Assembly: GCA_951406725.2 (NCBI GenBank)
Contig: OX597817.1
Span: 39,308,001 to 39,372,000, forward strand
DNA length: 64,000 nucleotides
From: Octopus vulgaris
Taxonomy: Eukaryota
Direction of reading: 5' to 3'
The position numbers and the translations under genes are program-made. Below, in pieces: positions 53,946 through 64,000 of this stretch (position 1 is its first letter; each line of letters begins with the position of its first letter). The notes beneath the pieces are model-generated. The model was not told the DNA's origin and did no database searches. It saw nothing but the letters and a program-made list of their open reading frames with translations.

Positions 53946-56092
53946 ATTTTAATCCAAACGGGAAAACAAAAAAAAACAACAACAGTGGAACAATTACAGT
54001 ATTATTATTAATAGGCGCTCAGGAAATATGGAAGCAGGAAGTTATGACGTTTCGAGCGGAGCTCTTCGTCGGAAACATAAAGAAGGAAGAGAGAGGAAAG
54101 AAAGATCCCAAAGCGGGCAACAGGAGATGGAGAAAAAAACGACTGGTGTTTACGAAGTACACATGGTGAAAGGTGGAAGTTTACGATAACAAGAGCAAAG
54201 TAGGTTTTTAAAGCCAAAAGAGTGGAGACAGGGTTGGTAACGCAACAGATGTGTGTATATGTGTGAGTGTGTGCGTGTGCGTGTGTGTATGTGTGTGTGA
54301 GGCGAGATAAAAAAACAAAAAATATATGTATGTGTTAGTGTGTGCGTCTGTGTGTAGGCGTGTGAGGTAGGGCGAGACAGTAGTAGGCATAGCAGACAGT
54401 GGTCAGTAGTAAGAAAATGAAGGAAGGAGGAAGGGAGGGAGGGGAAGGGGTGGGGGCGTATGTAGCGTGCCAGCGTGTGTTGAGTAGTAGTGTGTGTGTG
54501 TGTCCAGTGTCGTGGTAGTATTAATGGCGAGTAGATTGAATGTGTGTAAGAGTAATGTATATATTTAAGCAATGTGTGTGTGTGAGTGGGTGTGTGTATG
54601 TGTGCGCGTGTGTGTAACAAAAAAGGGGGGGTTTAAGGAAAAAGGACTCCAGCTGAGGGGAAGATGGAAGAGTGGTCCCGCGGAGACGGGCGTGGAAGAA
54701 CCCAACGACAGGCGACGGTCCCAGGAACGAGCGGGAGGTCTCGTCGGGTCCAAGAGCGAGGTGCATGCAGCGCGTATGCGTGCGCGAACCGGCGCAAGCG
54801 CGTGTGTGCGCGCGCCTGCGAGTATGCGCGTAAGTATGTATGTGTATGGATGTGTGAGTGTGTCTGTGTGTATGTCTGGGTGTCAGTGTGTCCGATGAAT
54901 GTATGTGAGTATGTGTGTATATATGTGTGTGCATAGATGTATGTCCGTGTGTGTGTGTGTGTGTATGTGTATGAGTGTGTATGTATGTACGTGTGGGTGT
55001 GTGGAAGTGTGTGTATGTGCATGTGTGTGCGTGTACATACAGGTGTGTGAGTGAGTGTGTGTGTGTGTGTGTGTATGTATGTGTGAGTGTGTATGTATGT
55101 GTGTGTAGGATGCATGTATGTGTATGGGTGTATGTATGTGTCTGTGTATGTATGTATGTGTACGTGCGTGTGTGTGTGTGTATGCGTGTAGGTGTGCGCG
55201 TGTGCATGCATGCATGCATGTGCGTATGTGTGTGTGTGTGCATGTGTGTGGGTATATATGTATGTGCGTATATGTGTGTGTATGTGCGTACATGTGTGTG
55301 TGTGTATGCATGTGTGTGTATGTAGGTGTGTAGGCGTGTGTGTATAGGTGTATGTATGTAAGTATGTATGGGTGTGTCCGTGTATGTGTGTGTATGTATG
55401 TGTGTGTATGTAGGTGTGTGGGCGTGTGTATATAGGTGTATGTATGTATGTCTGGGTGTGTCCGTGCATGTTTGTGTGTGTGTGTGTATGCATGTGTATG
55501 TAGGTGTGTGTGTACGTGTGTAATGTATGTGTGTATGCGTGTGTGTGCGTGTGTATGCGTGCGTGTGTGTATGTAGGTGCGTATGTATGTGTGTGGGAGT
55601 GTAGGTGTGTGTGTGCGTGTGCGTGTTTATGTTGGTGTGTGCGTGTGTGTGTTGGTGTTTATGTTGGTGTGTGCGTATGTGAGTGTGAGTGTATGGGTGT
55701 TTGTCATGCATGTGTGTGCGCGTGCAGGCGAGTGTGTGTGTAAGTATGTGTGTGTGTATGTTTGTGTGAGTGTGTATGTGTGTATGTCTGTGTGTATGTA
55801 TGTGCGTATAGGAGTATGTAGGTATGTGTGTGTGTATGTGTATGGGTGTATGTATGTATGTGTGTGTGTGCATGTGTATAAGTATATGTGTGTGTGCGTA
55901 TGTGTGTGTATGTGTATGTGTGTATATACGACGGGATTCTTTCAGTCTCTGTCTACCAAATCCACTCACACGGCTTTGGTCAGCCCGAGACTAAAGTAGA
56001 AGACACTTGCCCAAGGTGCCACGCAGTGGGACTGAACCCGGAACCATGTGGTTTGTAAGCAAGATATTTACCACATAGCCACTCCTACGCCT
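53660..56092 (-). mobile_element. SINE family C split by a ~2-kb insertion/expansion in its internal microsatellite
   Basis: 3' half 53660-53870 and 5' half 55928-56092 are colinear and on the same strand. Confidence 0.8.
53950..54770 (-). mobile_element. Penelope-like element fragment with minimal hammerhead-like motif (54041-54076)
   Basis: Minus strand TTT-CCGACGA-A-GAGC-TCC-GCTC-GAAAC-GTC, then TTCCTGAGCGCCTATTAATA shared with 63468-63488; upstream peptide LGPDETSRSFLGPSPVVGF weakly resembles the PLE RT/GIY-YIG linker. Confidence 0.55.
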
Positions 56093-56682
56093 ATAATAAC
56101 ATTTTACTATTATAATATTTTACAGTATGTTACAGATTGAAGCTTAAATTTTTAAAACATTTTCCTAATACGATACAGACTACAAGATACAGAAAGTTAA
56201 CTACATTTTGAGACATATACCAAATGCGCATTTAACCTAATAGTTCTTTAGGAACATTTTTTGTATAGTATATACTTAAGGAGGTAACAAAACACCTCGA
56301 CGTTCTGTAATATTAATTAGTAACTTTAAGTTTCTGCTATTCTTAGTTCCACTTAACCCCACATATAGTTGGCCATGACTGAATACAGGTTTTGGTAAAT
56401 ATGCTCCAACTGTATCAAGTGACTGACCTTGAGACTTGTTAATAGTAAAAACAAATGAAGAAATAATGGTGGAATGCCTTCTTTCCATAGTAAGGAAAAG
56501 CGTTGTATCACTTGGGCTTAATCTGCTTTTGGTGTTAATGCATTATCTTCTACTACCAAGGATAATTTCTGTTGTGATGCATTGGATTGCAAAAGTCTGG
56601 GAGTTTTCACATATCTCTACATTGCACAGTTTTCTATTTTGTACGATGCTCTAACGATTCTGATGCTCTGCGTTTTAATAAT

Positions 56683-57319
56683 CCTTTCTTTTCTACAATA
56701 GACACAAAGCTTGAAACTTTTGGCGAGGAGGGACTTTGTCAATTACAGCGACTCCAGTGCTGAGCTGGGGTATATTTTATCGACCCTGGAAGGATGAAAG
56801 GTAGTCAACCTTGGCAGAATTTGAACTCAGAACGTAAAGCTGGGAGAAATACCGCTAAGCACTTTGTCCAACGTGCTGACGATTCACATAGAGGGGACAA
56901 ACAAGGACAGACAAACGGATTAAGTCGATTAGATCGACCCCAGTGCGTAACTGGTACTTATTTAATCGACCCCGAAAGGATGAATGGCAAAGTCGACTTC
57001 GGCGGAATTTGAACTCAGAACGTAAAGCTGGAAGAAATACCGCTATTGTCCAACATGCTGACAATTCTACCAGTTCACTGCATAAGAATAAAAAAAAAAA
57101 ATTTTTAAAGGCTTCAAATTTTGGCACAGGGCTAGCAGTTTTAAAGGGAAGGCGAAAGTCGATTAAATTGACCCCAGTGCTGGGCGGTTGTTTATTTTAT
57201 CTCCGAAAGAATGAAAGGCAAACTCGAACTCGGAAGGATTTGAACTTAGAACGTAAAGCCGAACGAAATGCCGTGAAGCAGTTTTTCCGGCGTGCTAACA
57301 ATTCTGTCAGCTTGCCACC
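56683..57319 (-). mobile_element. Cluster of SINE family M copies
   Basis: Three partial units. Confidence 0.8.
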
Positions 57320-57380
<61 letters not shown>

Positions 57381-57381
<1 letters not shown>

Positions 57382-57699
57382 GTATGCGGTAAGGAAGAAA
57401 GAAAAGTCGAGAGATATGACAGGTTAGCTTGGGAAGTTAAGCAGTTGTGGTCGATGAAAAAGGTAGTGGTAGTATCAATTATTGTCGGAGCACTGGGAAC
57501 AGTGAGCAAAAATCTCGAGAAGTACGTAGAACAAATAGGGGCTGCAATAAGGGTGGAGCACTTGCAGAAAACACCATTCCTTGGAACCGCTTGAATATTC
57601 CGGAAAGTGCTCGAAAAACAAGATGTGTTACCTTAGTTCACTGGTAGTGAATAGCTGACACCGTAGTACATCTCCAGCATTAGAAGCTGTGCAAAAGCA
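57381..57699 (+). mobile_element. R4/Dong-clade non-LTR retrotransposon 3' end inserted in (AAT)n
   Basis: KEERKVERYDRLAWEVKQLWSMKKVVVVSIIVGALG..LQKT..LGTA matches the restriction-like endonuclease C-terminus of R4-clade elements; (AAT)n on both sides. Confidence 0.85.
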
Positions 57700-57744
57700 A
57701 TGATAATGATGATGATAATAATAATAATGATAATAATAATAATG

Positions 57745-57806
<62 letters not shown>

Positions 57807-57807
57807 C

Positions 57808-57995
57808 CCTACTACTAAAGGCACAAGGCCTGAAATTTATGGGGAGGGGGATAATCGATTACATTGATCTCAATATTAAACTGGTTCTTATTCTATCGAC
57901 CCCCAAAAAGATGAAAATCCAAGTCGACCTCTGCGGAATATGAACTCAGAACGCAAAGTTGGAAGAAATGCCAACTAAGCATTTTGTCCTGACAT
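57808..57995 (-). mobile_element. SINE family M
   Basis: Homologous to 79-292. Confidence 0.75.
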
Positions 57996-59391
57996 TTTAA
58001 GGGATGGGGGTTAGTCGATTATATCGACCTCAATGCTCTAGGGAGTGTTTCAGAATAGCGACATACTGCCTACTAGCTTCAGCAGTTTCATTTAGGTTGA
58101 ACCATGCTGTGAGAGGAGTGTTCCTGTTTTTGGCCGTCTTGAAATGCCTGTCATTCTGTGTTTTCTTGGAAGCAAACTGGTTGTTGATGTTAAAGAATGT
58201 TGAAGATGTTATGGGAGACGAATCCTAGCGTGTGATCTATCACACATTTCGCAGTCCAGCACCGTCTCACCCCAAATTATATCTGGAGCACTGACGTAAC
58301 GAGGATTTGTGTGCTGCATAATTTCATATTTAAAAAAAAAAACATTATTGCCTTTGTAGGGTGGCTTTTAAGGTAGCCCCTGTGGAAGGTTCTTCATTTG
58401 GCCTTGAGCTCAATAATGACACTACATGCATTGAGTACATATTAGATTTTATTAAACTTGACCAATATTTTTCAAGCAATGAACAATTTTCGTCAAAACA
58501 ATGATATAATTTGTCGACTTGGAACTTATTGCAATGCTTCATGATAAACAATATTTTTTGTTTTCCCATTCGGGGGTCAGTGCAAATTTTTTTCTGTCTA
58601 ACCGCTTTCTTTCTCTCTCTCTCTCTCTGTTGATGTTTTTGCAACCATCACCATCACCAATACCACCACCATCGCCACAACAACTGCAATACACACACCA
58701 TTCAGATTTCTGACGCCACCACCGTCAACACATTTGACTTCGCCTCCTTCCCCTCCACCATCATCACCACTATCTTTCACATCCCTTACTATCACCGTCA
58801 TGCTTGACCGCCTCAGCTACCACCATCACCACCATCATCATCACCGTCGCCTCCGCCTCTATCACAACTACAGCTCATACTGTCAATCTACTACCGCTCT
58901 CACCATCTCTGTGCCTACTACTATTCTCACCCCAGAAAGAGGAGTAGAAGAAGTATCATTGAATAGTGAGAGAGGCGGGGGTCAAAGTGTGACACACTGA
59001 CACACAGAAATTCGTTTTGGCATTTATTATTATAGACAAATGTTTTTGAGGATATATTTCACAGAGTTTAGAGAAAACGAAATTTCAGTATTGATGTGGC
59101 AGTTATATTTACATGTGAGATATTTGTGATATGTTACAGATTTGTTGCCATCTTGATGATTAACTGCTGGACTTACTTGACAACGGCGCCTTCTGTAGAC
59201 AGCCTATCTCTCTACTCTTGTCATCTCCAAAGTCTTTAGAAAATCGTTTGGAGGATTTATTGTTCTCCATACAAGATGTTTTGGCCTGTATTGTCCTCCA
59301 TACAGGATGTTTTCTTGGCTGCAATGTCTGTGAATCTGACATTTTTTTACAATACCGTAAAGGTTTTGCTCCCGTTACACATAATGAATTA

Positions 59392-60218
59392 AAATTTTGG
59401 CACAAGGTCAATAATTTGGGAGGTGGGTGTAAGTCGATTACATTGACCCCAGTGGTCGACTGGTACTTATTGTATCAACCCTGAAAGGATGAAAGGCGAA
59501 GTCGATATCGGCAGAATTTGAACTCAGAACGTAACTACAGATGTGATGTATTGGTAGAAACATTAGAACGTAACTACAGACGAAATGCCGTTTAGTATTT
59601 TGCCCGGCGTGCTAAAGATTCTTATTTCTTTATTGCCCACAAGGGGCCAAACATAGAGGGGACAAACAAGGACAGACAAAGGGATTAAGTCGATTACATC
59701 GAGCTCAGTGCGTAACTGGTACTTAAATTATCGACCCCGAAAGGATGATAGGCAAAGTCGACCTCGGCGGAATTTGAACTCAGAACGTAAAGACAGACGC
59801 AATACCTATTTCTTCTACCCACAAGGGACTAAACACAGAGAGGACAACCAAGGACAGACAAACGGATTAAGTCGATTACATCGACCTCAGTGCGTAACTG
59901 GTACTTATTTAATCGACCCTGAAAGGATGAAATGCAAAGTCGACCTCGGCGGAATTTGAACTTAGAACGTAACGGTAGACAAAATACCTATTTCTTTACT
60001 ACCCACAAGGGGCTAAACACAGAGGGGACAAACAAGGACAGACAAACGGATTAAGTCGATTACATCGACCCCAGTGCGTAACTGGTACTTAATTTATCGA
60101 CCCTGAAAGGATGAAAGGCAAAGTGGACCTCGGCGGAATTTGAACTCAGAACGTAACGGCAGACGAAATACCGCAGAGCATTTCACCCGGCGTGCTAACG
60201 TTTCTACCAGCTCGCCGC
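59392..60218 (-). mobile_element. SINE family M tetrameric array
   Basis: Trimer 59623-60218 with two AAATA|GGTATT junctions plus a further unit; GTTACACATAAT on both flanks (59374-59385 and 60228-60239). Confidence 0.88.
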
Positions 60219-61598
60219 CCCAGCTCTGTTACACATAATTTTAGGATTTACTGTAGGATCATTCAATATCTCTTTGTCTTGTAACATGTTCAGAATACTG
60301 GAGTGAGAAAGTCTTCAGCTTTGAAATTTAATGGAATAACAGAATACCTCTACAATTACAGAAGTTATTGGTAACTTCCTTCGAGTATTAAATTTAGTTT
60401 GTGTTTAAATACTCGAGCAACCAAATTAAGGCGATTTGAGGTTCTTTGCTTCGAGAATAGATTACGTTTATATTTCTGACAACAATAGATATGAAGATCA
60501 GGCGCTCCACAACTTAACCCCATTGCCACTACAACGTAGTAAACCACTTTGATATTGTAAAGTGATCTCCTGAAATGAAAATGGTAGTATCACCATACAC
60601 CCGTCTTTTATTTCTCTATTTGTAGCTTTTGCAAAGTAATCGGTAAGCCCCGAGTACTTTTCTTCTCTTAATCGCTCCTGGCAATCTTTGACGTTGTTTA
60701 TTAGCTTCACTGTTGATGCAGTTTAACATTAAAATCATCTAATTTCGGCCATTATGTCTTTTTTTTTCCCTTCTGCAACTGACAAATCAGGTCGCCAGAT
60801 TGGCTCACTATTTAACCCTTTTATATTGGAATGGGTATTTGAAGTTATAACACTGGATGTTGTTCATCTGTATTTCTTGGATAAACAATCTCTAAAAGTC
60901 TCTCATTTGTATTATTAAACATTGTCACCTAGTCCACAGTTGATAAAGTCTTTTCTGAACAGAGGAATATCTTGTGGACGCCATGTTTACTGTTGTGGCT
61001 TGTCTGTTTTCCTGTTGAGCATACGCCATCTCTTTTACAATGCGTGAATGTTGTTTTTTAAATAATTCTATCTAGAGTGGTCAGAATTTTCGGATTACAT
61101 CCTACATTCGCTGAACGATTAAGTCCAGTTTCTTTAGCAATTGTTGAATCGATAACGAACAGTCGAACAACTTGTCTTTTATCGTCTTTTGGATGCATAT
61201 TAGAAATACAATGAAGATCAGGCCCTCCACATCTTGACCTCATTGTATTCTAAAAATTAAAGGGCCTTCGATTATGTGACTGGGATCATTGAGTCCTCAT
61301 TAAAGCAAATTGAAGTGACGCATTGTAAGATCTAATGCTGTTTTTAAAATTCTGATAACGAGGATCAGGTATTCTGAGAAACGTCACGGTTGCGGGACCT
61401 GAACTTTAATGAATTTCTCAGCAATATAATTTATTGCTCCACAAAACTGATATATTTCGTTGAATTCTTTACATCTGTTTCAACTATATTTGTTTCGGAA
61501 AATACTAAGTTACTTATGAATTACACCAAGCATTGTCACGTTTTACCTCAAATTCTCAAAATTACAATATTTCTATTAATATTTCTAAACCGTTCAAG

Positions 61599-61790
61599 GC
61601 GGCGAGCACGCCGGGCGAAATGCTTATCGGTATTTCGTCTGCCTTTACGTTCTGAATTCAAATTCCGTCGAGGTCGACTTTGCTTTTCTTCCTTTCGGGG
61701 TCGATAAATTAAGTACCAGTTGCGTATTATGGTTGGTCTAATCGACTGCTCCCCTAAAATTTCGGGCCTTGTGACTAGAGTAGTAAAGAA
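61599..61790 (+). mobile_element. SINE family M monomer
   Basis: Direct repeat AATATTTCTAAA on both sides. Confidence 0.82.
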
Positions 61791-62407
61791 TATTTCTAAA
61801 ATATTGTTTAATTTTTCCTTTTCCCACCAATTCTTATTACTTAATTTGCTAGCCTCTTTGTTCTTTAGTTTCATTTTGTAATCTGTTCTTCGTCTCACAT
61901 CTTCTGTTCTTTGATTCCTTTACCCTTGAGTCTCATTAGCAGATTTTACTGCCATTCTTTGCATAATTTCTTCCATATTTCTTTCTCTTTCCTCGGTTTC
62001 ATTTTGAATTCTATTTGTTGTTCTGTGTTCGGCTTATAGTCAGACTGTATGGTTTCATTAGTAGCTTTTTCTAGACTTCTCAGTTCTCACCCCACCCACT
62101 CTATCTCTATCTTGGTGTCTTCTAATGTGAACTTCGTAAACTGTCTCTTGAGGTCGTCTGAGCCGATGATAAAGCTTCTTCAACTCGTCTTGCTGTCGTT
62201 GCATCTGACTTGCTCTCTAGTCTCTCATGTACTCAGCTCTTGATGTATGGCGTCTAACCACTGGATCTCCGCTCCTTCTTTATTTCATGGCTGTTTAATA
62301 TATTTTATTCATATTTCAAACCTGTTAATTTTTATACCAATTTTTTTACCGTTCCTTCCTTTCTGTAACACATGCGCGTGTGCAAGAACGCTCGCACACA
62401 GATTCAA

Positions 62408-62439
<32 letters not shown>

Positions 62440-62479
62440 CACGTGAATGCACCACGCCACATACACGCACACGCACACA

Positions 62480-62895
62480 GCAGTGAGCTGGCAGAAACGT
62501 CAGCACGCCGGACGAAATGCTTAGCAGTATTTGGTCTGCCGTTACGTTCTGAGTTCAAATTCCGCTGAGTTCGACTTGCCTTTCATCCTTTCGGGGTCGA
62601 TAAATTAAGTACCAGTTACGCACTGGGATCGATGTAATCGACTTAATCCGTTTGTCTGTCCCTGTTTGTCCCCTCTGTGTTTAGTCCCTTGTGGGTAGTA
62701 AAGAAATAGGTATTGCGTCTGTCTTTACGTTTTGAGTTCAAATTCCGCCGAGGTCGACTTTGCCTTTCATCTTTTCGGGGTCCATAAATTAAGTACCAGT
62801 TACGCACTGGGGTCGATGTAATCGACTTAGTCCCTGTGTCTGTCCTTGTTTGTCCCCTCTATGTTTAGCCCCTTGTGGGCAATAAAGAAATAAGA
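62480..62895 (+). mobile_element. SINE family M dimer with Tx1-like tails
   Basis: Junction GTGGGTAGTAAAGAAATAGGTATTGCGTCTG at about 62691-62721; ends GGGCAATAAAGAAATAAGA. Confidence 0.9.
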
Positions 62896-63259
62896 TGCAT
62901 GCACACATATACACATTCTCTCTCACTGTCTCCCAAAGATTGCTTTGCTTTCTTTTTAATTCATTTCCACGTATTTTGCCAATTTGGAAGACGCGCATGC
63001 GCACACACATTACCTCTCAAATATTGGTTTACATCAATTTCCGAGAAATAAAGAGACATTCACTTTCACTTTCGACGTTCTGTCTTTATATTAATTTCTC
63101 TTCCTCGATTTCTTTTTTCACACTGATCTCTTCCTTGTTGATTCCTCCATCTTAAGTGTTTTATTATATTCGAAAATTGTAGAGAAAGATTCAGTATACA
63201 ATTACAGAGCCGTTATATGTGGGGTAGTTACGAGCACACACACACACAAATACAGTAAC

Positions 63260-63324
<65 letters not shown>

Positions 63325-63339
63325 TATATATATATACAG

Positions 63340-63535
63340 AACGCCATGTTAGATCGTTAGCTCCTACACGCATTTTTTTCTCTCCTTGTACTCTCCTTGT
63401 TTTTTTTCTGTGTATCTTTCTGTCGAAGAGCGTAGGCTCGAAACGTAAAAGACTTGTTCTATTTCTATTCCTGAGCGCCATACTAATACATTTGTTTATT
63501 TGTGCTTCACCTGTTTATTTTCGTAAACCTTCCCG
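63340..63535 (+). mobile_element. Penelope-like terminal-repeat fragment with minimal hammerhead (63415-63452)
   Basis: TCTTT-CTGTCGA-A-GAGC-GTAG-GCTC-GAAAC-GTA^AAAGA: perfect stems I and II, loopless palindromic stem III, U at core position 6. Confidence 0.65.
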
Positions 63536-63536
63536 T

Positions 63537-63601
<65 letters not shown>

Positions 63602-63632
63602 GTATATGTATATATATGTATATGTATATATA

Positions 63633-63736
63633 TATATAGAAAATAGTAAAAAGTGAAAAAACTACAGAAGGCTATAATCTGAATAAATTGATGTGTGTAT
63701 AAATATATATATACATATACATATATATACATATAC

Positions 63737-63831
<95 letters not shown>

Positions 63832-63885
63832 ACCTTTTAAAACAAGCCTTCTGTAGTTTTTTCACTTTTTACTATTTTCTATATA
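63633..63885. repeat. Perfect 41-bp inverted repeat around a microsatellite
   Basis: TATATAGAAAATAGTAAAAAGTGAAAAAACTACAGAAGGCT (63633-63673) and its exact reverse complement (63845-63885). Confidence 0.9.
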
Positions 63886-63964
63886 TTCAACCACGTGCTT
63901 TCACATACCAACTTTCTTACCTATATATATATATATATACACATACACACGTACACACACAAAG

Positions 63965-64000
<36 letters not shown>

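Larger units (their letters stand above)
56200..61260 (-). pseudogene. Fragmented Helitron RepHel gene
   Basis: Colinear minus-strand motifs: LFVIDSTIA (about 61150); LREEKYSGLTD..VILP..G.PDL (60490-60680); SCMENNKSSKRFSKDF (about 59250); KYNCHINTEI..SVKYIL (59040-59110); Pif1 helicase C-terminus TINKSQGQSLDTVG.YLPKPVFSHGQLYVGLS (56340-56450). Confidence 0.85.

Noticed and set aside
59392-60218. CRISPR-like regularly spaced repeats
   Set aside because: Units are ~180-bp SINE monomers without unique spacers; no cas genes; eukaryotic context.

Overview
Eukaryotic, AT-rich, gene-poor DNA dense in microsatellites and transposable elements. The SINE families and (TCTA)n/(TACA)n/(CA)n/(TA)n content look like an octopus (coleoid cephalopod) genome; this is an inference. 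No intact host protein-coding gene is supported, and almost all listed ORFs are microsatellite or SINE artefacts. Recognisable elements: a 5'-truncated L1/Tx1-clade LINE with an RT ORF plus two short copies, all inside (TCTA)n; an R4/Dong-like 3' end inside (AAT)n; RTE, mariner, hAT, Gypsy-LTR and Helitron relics; two TIR MITEs; and many tRNA-derived SINEs, some multimeric and sharing the Tx1 3' tail. The standout is a near-perfect 351/352-bp tandem repeat (48008-48751) inserted in (TA)n. Each unit carries a complete type I hammerhead ribozyme on the minus strand, which makes it a retrozyme-like element predicted to release a 352-nt RNA able to circularise. Several degenerate, Penelope-type minimal hammerheads are scattered elsewhere. 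All calls were made by eye, and boundaries of degenerate elements are approximate.
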